Part shown: in pieces, positions 50,728-61,741 of the stretch
How positions within the stretch are numbered: position 1 is the stretch's first letter
Layout of the letters: the number at the start of each line of letters is the position of its first letter
Virus record (IMG/VR): IMGVR_UViG_3300031998_000017
Coordinates: 32,001 to 96,000 of that record
DNA length: 64,000 bases
Source of the DNA: a virus
Taxonomy: Duplodnaviria > Caudoviricetes
Direction: 5' to 3' (one strand)
Notes under the pieces: model-generated
What the model was told of the DNA's origin: nothing
The model's input: the letters and a program-made list of their open reading frames with translations, nothing else
Database searches by the model: none
Translations under genes and position numbers: made by a program

Positions 50728-52918
50728 TTCAATTCTCCAATAGTTTGCTGTGTTTGTACCTTTGTTCGGTTTCTTGAATTTTACCTTTATTAAAGGCAGT
50801 TTTATAATCTCCTGTTAGATATCCAGTTACTCTACGTAATTGTTGAATATGTTTACTATGACACATTGGACATTCATCATTAAATTCATCAGTATATCCG
50901 CAATCTAAGCAAGTGTCATTTGGAACATTAATTGCAAAGTAAGGGATATCTTTATCCATTGCATAGTTTACTATTGTTTCAAGAGCTTCAAGATTATTTT
51001 TAACTCCGCCCTCTAATTCAACATATGTAATACATCCTGCATTACTATATCCTGTTAGTTGACTTTCTATATCAATTTTTTCAAATGGGCTCATTTCTTT
51101 CCATACTGGTACGTGTATACTATTAGTGAAGTAATCTCTGTCAGATACATTAGGAATAATTCCATATTTATCTTTAAATTTTTTCATTGATGTATAACAC
51201 ATATTTTCAGCAGGCGTATAATAAACACCAATATTTAAATGTAATTCTTTTTTAAATTGTGCGCATCTGTCTTTAAATAATTGTTCAATTCTTTTCGCTA
51301 ATTCCATCCCTCTTGGTTCGGTATGGTCACAACCCAACAAGATTTGTAATGTTTCCGCCAATCCAATTTGACCTATAACAAGAGTACCATGTTTCATTGC
51401 ACTTTCAACTGTTTTTCCATCATACCCAAGCATGATATTATTTTCATACATGAATTTTGCTGATTCAGGTGATTGACTAATTATCCATTGATATCTTTCT
51501 AATAACATATCTCTTGCTTCATGGATTTTTTTGTCTAGTAATTCCATAAATTTTTCAACATCTTTATCTGCTTCCATAGCTAATGTTGGCATCACTATTG
51601 TTACTGGACATATATTTCCGCGACCATCTTTAGTTTGTGGATTAGTTCCAGATTCTGCATTTATATCGCTACCATTATATGTTCTACATCCCATTGTAGA
51701 TACATAAGTTTTAGGGTCATTAACATCGTATCCAGCATTAACAGACCAGTCTACATTAACATAGTTAGGATATAATCTTTGAGCTGTTGATTTAAGGGCT
51801 AACTTAAATAAATCATAGTTAGGGTCTCCAGGTTTACGATTGACACCTTTCATACATTGGAAGATACCGCATGGGAATATAGGAGTTTTTCTAACTTTAC
51901 CAACACCTTCAATAGAACCTTCTAGTAATGCTTTTGTAACCATTCTACCTTCAGGTAAAATGCAAGTCCCATAATTAATTGATGTAAATGGTAATTGATT
52001 TCCGCTACGAGATTGTAATGTATTTAAATTATGATACATACCTTGAACTGCTTGCATTAATTCTTTTTCAGTCATATCCATTGCATATCTATATGCGTTT
52101 GGATGAGAAGTATAAACTTCATCATCAATAGATAAACCATCGACTAATTCTAAACCTACATGTTCAATATATCTCATTCCATCAATCCAATGTTTTTTGA
52201 ATGATAATCTTACATATGGAACCATAGTCCAATCTAAATGACTAGCGCTAACGCCTCCAAATTGTTGTAAAGATTGTAATTGGAATAATACAGCTACTAA
52301 TTGAAATGCTGTGTTAATTGAGCGCGCTGGTCTTACATCTGTTTGTCTAGTATTGAAACCTTTTGCTAATAACATATCAAAAGGAACAGTTAAACAGTTG
52401 TGCATACCAACTGCATATGCATCTAAATCATGAATATATACTTCATTATTTAAATGGTTCTCTCTAGCCATTGGTGAAACTAGATAATTAAGCGCATAGT
52501 CTTTCATAAGCGCTGACCTTGCTTCTCCCATACGGCCACCGAATGAATATTCATCAATGTTAGCATTTTGATTTTGAACATTTGATGCTTCAATCTTTTC
52601 TTTTATATCCTTCATTAAATGAGAGTTTTTATTTCTTATTTTACTTCTCTCTTCTCTATAAAGAATATATTCTTTTGCTACGTCTTTGCGCTTACAACTC
52701 ATTAAACCTTTTTCAACTAAATCTTGAATTTCCTCTATTTCAGGTGTCTCATCAACATCTAAATAGTATCCTTCAATATAGTCTGCTATGTTTTCTGCTT
52801 TTGCTTGCGCATAATCTGTAATCTCGCCATCTACTGCTTGAAACGCTTTCAAAATTGCGTTCTTGATTTTAAAAGAGTCAAATGGCACAACTCTCCCATC
52901 ACGTTTAATAACGTTCAT
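50720..52918 (-). CDS. nrdD: Class III anaerobic ribonucleoside-triphosphate reductase with ATP-cone
   Basis: VIKRDG ATP-cone, HIHDLD-like motif, MGCRT, TPAE, CxxC...CxxC, RRVTGYL. Code-11 stop at 50729 (TGA); code-4 stop at 50720 (TAG). Confidence 0.96.
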
Positions 52919-52992
52919 ATAAGTTCCTCCTTAGTATTTAATTATTTCAAGGATTTAACCTTTATATCTATATGAAAAACAAAAGTAAATAA

Positions 52993-53532
52993 TTATTTAC
53001 TTCTGCTTAATTTTAAGTCTTGCAAATCTAATTCGCGTTCATTATCAAAAACTTTATATTCAAAAGGAATATCTTGAAAATCTTCCTCATCTGTCATATA
53101 ACGTCTACATATCTCTGCACAATCTGGATTTTCTTCTCTTTTAAGTGCGCGGATAAGTCTAGTTTTGTCTGTCGCTTGAACATATACAGGATGCACATCT
53201 AATCTATCATCTTTTAACATATTAACAATACCTGATATATTAAATACACCTACGTTAGTTTTATCTGGGTCTAATCCGTCAATAGGAGTACCATAAAACC
53301 AATTGCGGAAGATAGTTGTTTCCAACATATCTCCACTAATTGTTTTTCTAGTAAATTCATCTTCGGTTAAGAAGAAATAGTCTACTCCTTCTTCTTCATA
53401 ATCTCTTTTAGGGCGTGTTGTGCAACTAACCACTTTATGATAATTAGTGTTTTGGTCTAACATCATTTTTTGTAGTGTATCTTTACCAGCGGCGCTTTTA
53501 CCGAATAGTGCAATTATTTTTATTTTATTCAT
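52993..53532 (-). CDS. gmk: Guanylate kinase-like protein
   Basis: GKSAAGKDT, SCTTRPKRDYEEEGVDYFF, YGT. Confidence 0.88.
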   Translation of the reverse strand: MNKIKIIALFGKSAAGKDTLQKMMLDQNTNYHKVVSCTTRPKRDYEEEGVDYFFLTEDEFTRKTISGDMLETTIFRNWFYGTPIDGLDPDKTNVGVFNISGIVNMLKDDRLDVHPVYVQATDKTRLIRALKREENPDCAEICRRYMTDEEDFQDIPFEYKVFDNERELDLQDLKLSRSK

Positions 53533-56500
53533 CTGACATAACCCCCTCTCTATCGTGAGTAAGTTCTACATTTCCTTTCTCATCAATAGATGTTATCTTA
53601 TATAATTGATGGAAACCTGTATTCTTATAAGTTTTTGCTACAAATGTATCATCTCTGCGGAACCCCGCTACTAACAATTTGACACCTCTTGTAAACCAAC
53701 CTTTTTCAGTTACATGCTTTGTTCCATCTTCTCCCATTTCACTTAATTGTCTATTATACATTGTAAAATAATCTTTTGTAAATTTAACATTTACTACACC
53801 TGTTGGAGTTAATAATGTTACAGATGAACGTGTATCATTCTTACCTATAACTGTTCCAACTATTTTATGTATTCTATAAATCGGTAGTTCGTGTCCATTT
53901 CTTTTAAAATATGTGTCAACAATAGGTTCACTAGGAAGTGAATCAAAATCTATAACACCATACTTACTTTTATTAATATGCGCTAATTCATGCTCATGAT
54001 AATAGAAACATAATGCTTCCATTTCATACGCGCTAATGTTACCTAACGCATATTTATCCCAACATTCTTTAAATAACAAGTCATTAAAATCTCTCAATAT
54101 TTGACTTTGATTATCTCTAATCCAATCACGCGCACTATCCATTTGCGCCTGATAAATTTTTTCCCATCTGTCTTGTAAGATACAAGTTAATCCATTTATT
54201 ATTTCTAACTGGTCAGAGTCAAAATACTTATTATAAAATTCTTCACATTCGCTATCAAAGACATAATACTTTCCTGTCTTTTTATTTGCTTTTAAATACT
54301 TTGTGAACAAGAATGTTTTCTTTTGCAAATCTAATTCACTAGGAACTAAATTATGTTGTATTAAACCATTAAAGTTTTGTAAAGTTATTCTTTTCTTTGC
54401 TTCACACACTTTTGAGATATAATATGCCATAACCGCCATACGAGGTTCAATACCTAATTCTTTTCCTAAATCTATTTCTAACTTATCAAAAGCTCCTGCT
54501 TTAATCAAACTAAACATTGCGCTTTTGTTAAGTGGACATCTTGCCATAAAATCTTGTATACCGCTATATGGACGGTTCGCAATAATCTGGTCGATAATCG
54601 GACCTCCAACATTATTTAATGCTTTCATACCAAATAAGATTTCATTATTTTCTACATCTGGTTCAAAACTATATGATGATTTATTTATATCAACTAAACT
54701 AACTCTAATTCCTCTTGATATAATATCACCAATAGCTTTTGCTATTTTACCATAATCAGTTCCGCGCTCTTTCTTTTCTACATTTCCTTCTTCATCTTCT
54801 TCAAACTCATCACCATCTTCAAGACTACCACTATTAACTACTAAACACGCTGTGTTCCAATAGATAGGATTCCATCTTGTTGCAATATACATTGTTTGAA
54901 AACCGATGAAACTATATGCTAATGCGTGGATGATACTAAATGAATATCCCATCTGAGGACCGATACCACATGTCCATACATAATTGCCTAAACATGGAGA
55001 TTTAGCTTGATTTAATACCTTTTGACGAAGTTCAGGTATCTTACTCATTTGTTTCTTACCAACAACTTTACGTGCTGCGTTCGCTTCTGCTAATGTAAAT
55101 CCACATATATTCTCATCCATTAACATCTTCATTAATTGTTCCTGACTTGGCGGAACTCCATATGAAGTTTTAAAATATGGCTCTAATGTTTTTTGCTCCG
55201 CTTGAGTTAAACCATATTCGCGCATTTCTTTATACCACAATGAGATATCATTCTTAAATCTAATATATTTTTCCATTGGAGTTTCTTGACCTTTTTCTGC
55301 TGTCATTAATCTCATTAATCCATTTGCGTCTGCCATTTCTAACATTGACCCCGGCTTAATTTTCTTAGCCGCTTGTCCGCCAACATCACTATCAAACTGG
55401 AAGATATTTAATACACTATTCTCTTGAAGAACTTTCCATATATCTTCATCATCAATAGGCAATACACTTGGGTGAAAATACTTATCATAAATTTCTCTTA
55501 ATGTCAAGTCACTCTCAATTTCACCATAATCTTGCAACATTCTGATTGCTTCTGCTAATTTATCTTGAACTTCTGTTACTAAGAAATCATACTTTGTCAT
55601 ACCACATGCTTCACACATATGTAGGTCATATGATGTGATTACTTCACCTCTTGGAGTTCTCATAAATGTTCCAAATTCATATGGGTCTTCATCAAATAAG
55701 ATAACTCCTGAAGCATGTGAACTTCTTTTATTTATCAATCCTTCAATTCCGTCCATTATATCTAATAGACCAGGATATAAATTTACTTCATTTATAAATG
55801 TTTTAATTGGCTTACGACCTTTATCTTCATTCCCATTTATAACATCTGCAAGAGGCCATAAGAATCCACGTTCACTTGGGATAAGTGAACTTAAATATTG
55901 CGCTGTATCAACATCTATTCCATCTGGATACTCTTCACTACGATAACCGCGGCATGCAGTTAAGATTGTTGAACGAGTTCCTTCTGTTCCAAATGTTGCT
56001 ATTAATGTACATCCTAAATTCTTACGACTTAATTCATCTATATCACTCTTGAAGTTTTGTCCTCTTTCTTTTTTAATTTCATTTAATATCTTAGGACGCT
56101 TACTTGGACATAAATCTAAGTCAATATCACCTAATTCTACACGTTCTTTATTTAAATAACGCCAGAATGGAAGTTCCCATTTAATTGGGTCAAGCTGTGT
56201 AATACCTAATAGATAGTGATTCAAACCTGAACAACTTGAACCACGTCCTGCTCCTACGATACTTCCGCAATTCCAAAACAAATCAACATAGTGCTGTAAA
56301 GTTACTGGATATGCAAACATATTTGTTCCTAACTTACCACTAATTGTTCTTTTAATATCTGCCTCTTCCTCAAGTCTACTCAAATATGTTTCATTATACA
56401 AATCTTTTGTGATTAATTTATTAACACATTCATTAACCCAATATCTTTCAATTTTGTCATCAGACATATACATACTATTTAATATTGGATAATCTTTTAA

Positions 56501-57466
56501 CTGGTCTGTTTTACCATATTCTTTTACTTCAACTTGCGGAATAGTTTGCGCATGTGCTAAACTATACTTTTCTATTTTATTCCAAATTTCATAACTATTT
56601 TCAAACATTTGTTCAACGAACTCATTATCAAAACCAGATGCTGCCAAATGTTCTTTAATTTCATCATTTGTTTGAAGATATGCAAATTCATAGAACTCAT
56701 CTACTTCACGCTCTCCAAACTTACTGTTAAGATATGCTTTATGAACATATCTATCTTCTTTTTTAAGATAATGCGCATCTGACCCTATTACCATTTTCAA
56801 ATCAAATGCTTTTGCAATAGCAGGAAATCTTTTATTAACTAAAACTTGTTCTCTTGATGTTCCTGGTGCACATTCTATATAAAAGTTACCTTCTCCAAAC
56901 ACTTCTTTACCCCATAATAAGAAGTTTACTATATTATTATGTGCGATTGCCGCACCATTTGTATCCCCCGTTTGTTCTGCTGTAATAAGCGCCAATGTAT
57001 TAACACTCAACTCTCCTCCTAAACATGCTGTTGTTGCTATCAAACTGTTAGGATACTTTTTCATTATTTCTTCAATATCACTTTTTAATGTTGGGACTCT
57101 TTCAAGACCTCTATCCCAATAACTATTCATCCACGCTCTTGATGATAATTCTCTCAATACTCTATGACCTTCTTTATTTTTTGCAATCAAAATAAAGTGA
57201 TAATATCTTTGCCCCATATCACGCGTGTCTGTTAAATATATTTCATTTCCTAATGCTATTTTAAAATCAGGATTCTCTTTCTCTACTTCAGATTGATAAA
57301 AGTTTATCTCTGGATGAGAGGATACACATTCATGGTCAGTTATTGCGATACCTGATAACCCTAATTCAATAGCTCTGTTGATTAAATCTTTAGGTCTATT
57401 GATTGAGTCAAGCAAACGCAAATTACTATAATGTGTATGTGAGTGAACTTCAAATCTATTTCCCAT
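53525..57466 (-). CDS. dnaE: DNA polymerase III alpha subunit (family C, PHP domain)
   Basis: HSHTHYS, ITDHE, GAGRGS, DIDLD, SHASGV, KYDFL, C-terminal OB fold. AAGGAGG RBS before ATG 57466. Confidence 0.95.
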   Translation of the reverse strand: MGNRFEVHSHTHYSNLRLLDSINRPKDLINRAIELGLSGIAITDHECVSSHPEINFYQSEVEKENPDFKIALGNEIYLTDTRDMGQRYYHFILIAKNKEGHRVLRELSSRAWMNSYWDRGLERVPTLKSDIEEIMKKYPNSLIATTACLGGELSVNTLALITAEQTGDTNGAAIAHNNIVNFLLWGKEVFGEGNFYIECAPGTSREQVLVNKRFPAIAKAFDLKMVIGSDAHYLKKEDRYVHKAYLNSKFGEREVDEFYEFAYLQTNDEIKEHLAASGFDNEFVEQMFENSYEIWNKIEKYSLAHAQTIPQVEVKEYGKTDQLKDYPILNSMYMSDDKIERYWVNECVNKLITKDLYNETYLSRLEEEADIKRTISGKLGTNMFAYPVTLQHYVDLFWNCGSIVGAGRGSSCSGLNHYLLGITQLDPIKWELPFWRYLNKERVELGDIDLDLCPSKRPKILNEIKKERGQNFKSDIDELSRKNLGCTLIATFGTEGTRSTILTACRGYRSEEYPDGIDVDTAQYLSSLIPSERGFLWPLADVINGNEDKGRKPIKTFINEVNLYPGLLDIMDGIEGLINKRSSHASGVILFDEDPYEFGTFMRTPRGEVITSYDLHMCEACGMTKYDFLVTEVQDKLAEAIRMLQDYGEIESDLTLREIYDKYFHPSVLPIDDEDIWKVLQENSVLNIFQFDSDVGGQAAKKIKPGSMLEMADANGLMRLMTAEKGQETPMEKYIRFKNDISLWYKEMREYGLTQAEQKTLEPYFKTSYGVPPSQEQLMKMLMDENICGFTLAEANAARKVVGKKQMSKIPELRQKVLNQAKSPCLGNYVWTCGIGPQMGYSFSIIHALAYSFIGFQTMYIATRWNPIYWNTACLVVNSGSLEDGDEFEEDEEGNVEKKERGTDYGKIAKAIGDIISRGIRVSLVDINKSSYSFEPDVENNEILFGMKALNNVGGPIIDQIIANRPYSGIQDFMARCPLNKSAMFSLIKAGAFDKLEIDLGKELGIEPRMAVMAYYISKVCEAKKRITLQNFNGLIQHNLVPSELDLQKKTFLFTKYLKANKKTGKYYVFDSECEEFYNKYFDSDQLEIINGLTCILQDRWEKIYQAQMDSARDWIRDNQSQILRDFNDLLFKECWDKYALGNISAYEMEALCFYYHEHELAHINKSKYGVIDFDSLPSEPIVDTYFKRNGHELPIYRIHKIVGTVIGKNDTRSSVTLLTPTGVVNVKFTKDYFTMYNRQLSEMGEDGTKHVTEKGWFTRGVKLLVAGFRRDDTFVAKTYKNTGFHQLYKITSIDEKGNVELTHDREGVMSDE

Positions 57467-57495
57467 TTTTTCCTCCTTTTCCATCTTATAATAAT

Positions 57496-57524
57496 ATTAT
57501 ATCATTTTTTTAATTAAAAGTCAA
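57496..57524 (-). promoter_or_regulatory. SigmaA-type promoter for dnaE
   Basis: TTGACT-N17-TATAAT with extended -10 TG. Confidence 0.8.
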
Positions 57525-58029
57525 ATGGTAAGTGTTTGATGGAGGCTAAGTTATTTATTGGATAATCCAGCTCTTTACATTCCCATCCATGTTTAGTAAA
57601 ATATTCTTGCAAAGGAATACGTTCACTACACATATTACCAGGTGCTTCATATACTATTAAAACTAAAATTATTTCTTCTTCAATATTATTATCTTTTGCA
57701 TATTTATCGGCGAGATTGCGCATATCCGCAATCATCTCATCAAAATCTATTTTATCTAAATTCTTTCTATAATTACTTAAAAAAGAACAAATTGTAAAAT
57801 TTTTTTCTTGGCAAGGGCATGGGACAGGTTCTTGTTCTCCACATTTCTTACCAGCTTGAATAATAGGATTAATTCTTACACCATTTAGAATTTTTCTTGC
57901 ATTATAAAAAATATGATTCTCTCCTTGGTTTGCGTGAAACCAAGTTGGGTCCCACAACGCTGTGGATATGGGAATCATATTACGATTAAAATTTCTAATT
58001 TGATAAAAGTAACTAGTCCTTATTTTCAT
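57514..58029 (-). CDS. Hypothetical protein (weak DUF488-like pattern)
   Basis: IRTSYF...PISTA...LIVYE....CSER. Confidence 0.6.
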   Translation of the reverse strand: MKIRTSYFYQIRNFNRNMIPISTALWDPTWFHANQGENHIFYNARKILNGVRINPIIQAGKKCGEQEPVPCPCQEKNFTICSFLSNYRKNLDKIDFDEMIADMRNLADKYAKDNNIEEEIILVLIVYEAPGNMCSERIPLQEYFTKHGWECKELDYPINNLASIKHLPFDF

Positions 58030-58246
58030 TATTTTCTTCCTTTAGCATAGTCTTTAAACATCTAATTAAATCTTTAATTTCTTTTTTCTTTTCAAATTGC
58101 ACAACTGCAACTGCACCTTTTTTGCTAATAGGGATATTTATTGTTAAAGCTTCATCAACAATAAAATGATTACCAATTCTTTTTGCTTTACAAGGGGCTA
58201 CTAATTGCAATTCCGCAAGTTCTTGACAATTATTTATATTTCTCAT
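58013..58246 (-). CDS. Hypothetical protein
   Basis: Overlaps both neighbours in the operon. Confidence 0.6.
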   Translation of the reverse strand: MRNINNCQELAELQLVAPCKAKRIGNHFIVDEALTINIPISKKGAVAVVQFEKKKEIKDLIRCLKTMLKEENNENKD

Positions 58247-58518
58247 TATGCAGATTCTTCTGTTGTTCTATGCTTAGGATGGAAACCACCATTATTTTTA
58301 TAAAAGTTTTTGATAGCATTGAAAATAATTTGACTATCTAGTTGTTCTTGACTTTTGCTTCCATTTACTTTCCATCTAAAAGCAAATTTAGCTGGTCTTG
58401 TTCCAGGGTATAAATCAATAATTTTATATACTCCTAATTTACCTTTGGCATTTATTTCTTGATACCATATTGCCCATCTGTCATCTACTACTCTGTCAAT
58501 CTTATATAATTTACTCAT
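58246..58518 (-). CDS. Hypothetical protein
   Basis: GAGGAG RBS. Confidence 0.65.
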   Translation of the reverse strand: MSKLYKIDRVVDDRWAIWYQEINAKGKLGVYKIIDLYPGTRPAKFAFRWKVNGSKSQEQLDSQIIFNAIKNFYKNNGGFHPKHRTTEESA

Positions 58519-58530
58519 TCTATCTCTCCT

Positions 58531-59721
58531 CTATTTTCTTATTATTACCAATTTCTTTGCAGCTCTGGTACAAGCTGTATATAACCATCTCTTATGCTCT
58601 TCTAAAACATAAGGGAACCCCTCTTCTATAACCAAGACCTTATCCCATTCACTGCCTTGCGCTTTGTGGCAAGTGATAGCATATCCATAAGTAAACTGGT
58701 CAGGCACCATATTCATATAGCGCCAATTCCTACGCATCTTATATGTAGTCTTCCAATCTAATCCCGGCTCACCTGTTAAGATTAATTTCTTATCCATTTC
58801 TAATTCGCCATAGCTTTCACCTGTATCTGATATAAATTCCGCATGAATAATATCTAATTTCTTAGCTTTGCCATCGCTAGTTATTCTACCAGGTAGGTTA
58901 ATATAAGTACTGAAGCTATTGTTTAAATAACCAATAGTTCCATTAACTAATGGGTTATCATCGTTTGAAAAGACCTCCCAGTTATTCTTTAAACAAATAA
59001 CTTTGTCTCCATCTTCAGGGTCGCCTTCATGTCCTAACAAGTCACGCATTTGATTATTTAGTGCAACTCTTGTTGCATTAGTGGCGCATATTATTTGGTC
59101 AGCCCATTCTAACATTCCTGTTGATAATTCATCTTTATCTAATATCTGAACTTGTTGACCGATATAATGATTAAGTGGTTTTCCTTCACGAATATCCATT
59201 GTTAATTTAATAATCTCACTTTCCGCCTCTTGACGCATAATTTCATCTAGGAAGATATGCGGATTATCTAATAAATGGTTATCTTCACTTTTGTCAACTG
59301 GTGGCAACTGACCAGGGTCTCCTAAACATATAATATGCACAGGATAACTTGCTAATCGTTGCAATAAATCTTTTGGTACCATAGACACTTCATCTACTAT
59401 TACTACTTTATAAGGTACTATCTCCACAGGTTTACGAAAGAATGTCCCATCAGGACGAGGTATACTCTCAAACAAGAGTTTATGTAAAGTGCTTACATTT
59501 TTATTACCTTTCTTTTGTAAGACCTGTGTTGCTTTACCTGTGAACGATGTATATACCACATCTAATTCAGGGTCTATATCTGGGAGGGCCGATATGATAA
59601 ATTTAACTAGTGTTGATTTCCCTGTTCCTGCATATCCAGCTATGACTGTATATTTAGAACCATCGTTGTATCTATCAACAGCAATTTGCAAACCTTGCTT
59701 TTGCTTGTCGTTTAATTCCAT
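58531..59721 (-). CDS. SF1B RecD/Dda-like DNA helicase
   Basis: GYAGTGKS, IVDEVSMV, GDPGQLPPV, YAITCHKAQGSEW, LYTACTRA. Confidence 0.92.
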   Translation of the reverse strand: MELNDKQKQGLQIAVDRYNDGSKYTVIAGYAGTGKSTLVKFIISALPDIDPELDVVYTSFTGKATQVLQKKGNKNVSTLHKLLFESIPRPDGTFFRKPVEIVPYKVVIVDEVSMVPKDLLQRLASYPVHIICLGDPGQLPPVDKSEDNHLLDNPHIFLDEIMRQEAESEIIKLTMDIREGKPLNHYIGQQVQILDKDELSTGMLEWADQIICATNATRVALNNQMRDLLGHEGDPEDGDKVICLKNNWEVFSNDDNPLVNGTIGYLNNSFSTYINLPGRITSDGKAKKLDIIHAEFISDTGESYGELEMDKKLILTGEPGLDWKTTYKMRRNWRYMNMVPDQFTYGYAITCHKAQGSEWDKVLVIEEGFPYVLEEHKRWLYTACTRAAKKLVIIRK

Positions 59722-59741
59722 AACTCCTCCTTTATATTATA

Positions 59742-59770
59742 ATTATATCATATTTCTTTATAAAAATCAA
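59742..59770 (-). promoter_or_regulatory. SigmaA-type promoter
   Basis: TTGATT-N17-TATAAT with extended -10 TG. Confidence 0.75.
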
Positions 59771-61522
59771 TTAAAACAAATATTTACCTGAACCTACTAC
59801 TTCATAATCTTCTACAAATAATTGTGGAGTTCTTATTCCATTTCATTCATTTATATTACATTTTCCTACTGCGTTGATTGATATATAAGCCGTATCAAAT
59901 TCTTCAAATGTTTCACAATCTTTATCAGTAGCATTAAATATCATTAAACTTATTTTATTTTGTAATGTTATTTTTAATGTATTACTTGTTTTTCTATAAA
60001 CTGTTACCATATCTTTACTAACTTTTAAATTTTCTATTGCGATATATGGTTCATCCATATCTTTTCCCCATAAATCACTAAGACTAGCAATAGTAAGAAT
60101 ATCATTAGCTTGAACGTCTGCTCCTGTGTAGATATAGTCTACATAATATACTGGCTCTGCGGAAATGCTTGCTAATGCTGCGTCAGTCTTGGTTAAGAAC
60201 TCTTGAACCGCCTCTGCCGCCAAACACATACCAAATGCATTTTCATGTCCCTGGCACCATTCCGCCCCAGACTCTTCGCATATAGTCTTAAAATTAGTTA
60301 TACCAGTCATTTCATATCCGCGCGCACTGCCTTGATATCCCTCTGGAGTATCAAATAATATGCAACATGGACGTTGATATTTATTAGCTAACTTATTTGC
60401 TATAAGACCTGCTATATTTCTATCTATTGCTCCGCTATCAAGAGTAAACAATATAACTTTATGGTCAAGTAGATTGTCAGACTTCATCTGTCTTTCTAAA
60501 TCTTCCATAGCTTTATCTTGTTCTCTTGTCTGTCTATTCTTTACATTATTAGAAGTTCTAATTGCTTGGTCAACTATTCTTTCCATTTCACCAGGCGCAT
60601 GTCCGCGCTTAGTAGATGGAACCATTTTAAAAGCTTCATACTTAAGCATTGACTTAAATAGCAATTCTTTTTCTTCTATTGTTCCACTACGTTGAACTGC
60701 ATTAACTAGGGGAACTATATAAAAGGCTGCTCCTATTGAAGTAAGGTGCTCACCTAATTTAAACTTATTTTTTTGCCATGACTCATATAGATATGGGTTA
60801 TGAATATTTTCAGGTTCAAAACCTTTTGTTATAATATGTTTTGTTTCTATTGATGTTAGGCTCATCATATCTCCGCAGTTACCTAAAGCTACTAGGTCTA
60901 TATAATTATCTGCGTTGTTACCGCCTAATTGTTGGTCTAAGTATCTGCAAAATTGCCATACTATACCAACTCCTGAAAAATCTTTATTACTATAATCACT
61001 TAATTGATTATTTATAACTATTGCATATTCACTTACTTTATTAGCTAAGTGGTGGTCTAAGATAATAATATCTTTACCTTGACCTTTAAGTGTCAAATGC
61101 GCATCATAATCATTGGAACCAGCATCTGGAACTATAATTAATTCAAAATCTCTATAATTGATATAGTCCATACAATCATTAATTCCATGCTGTTTTCCTT
61201 CGTGCACCCATCACTTTAAGTTATTTTCAACCCAAGCAGGGAATAAATCATGAAGATAGTTAATTAATACTGCGGATGCGGTAAATCCATCGCAATCGCA
61301 ATCTACTATTACTAAAGCATTATCATTATTTTTAATGTGAGTAAGAAGCGTTCGAGCTGCTTTCACTAGACAATCTTGCCCAAGCGCCTCTGGTTTATTT
61401 ATATCTGCATCTGTTGTATTTAGATAATGCGCAACTTCTTCATAAGGGATATTTCTATTTGTTAATATTTGTTCTATTGTATTATATAATGGATTAATAG
61501 GTTTTATTAATTTGTATTGCAT
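59771..61522 (-). CDS. recJ: RecJ-like ssDNA exonuclease, DHH family (583 aa, code 4)
   Basis: DCDCDG, DAGSN, LDHH, GSARG, GHENAFG, C-terminal NE*NG..TPQ. Joins track ORFs through TGA at 61211 and 59843. Confidence 0.92.
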
Positions 61523-61534
61523 TATCTATTTCAC

Positions 61535-61741
61535 CTAATTCAAAATCATTGCAATTATTACAAAGATAATTAAGAATAATACGACTAATGCTGCTGGAAT
61601 CCAAAGTGGTGCTAATACCCATAGCCAACCCCAATTAATAACTCCACACAATTTTAATACTACAAATGCTATTGTTAACAATCCACAAAATCCTATTCCT
61701 CCGCTACGAACTACTGTTGTATTCTTATCATTATAATTCAT
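61535..61741 (-). CDS. Small two-TM membrane protein
   Basis: GGIGFCGLLTIAFVVLKLCGVINWGWLWVLAPLWIP. Confidence 0.75.
   Translation of the reverse strand: MNYNDKNTTVVRSGGIGFCGLLTIAFVVLKLCGVINWGWLWVLAPLWIPAALVVLFLIIFVIIAMILN

Noticed and set aside
50720-57466. Inteins or introns in nrdD or dnaE
   Set aside because: Both are continuous and of ordinary length, with no splice-junction or homing-endonuclease motifs.
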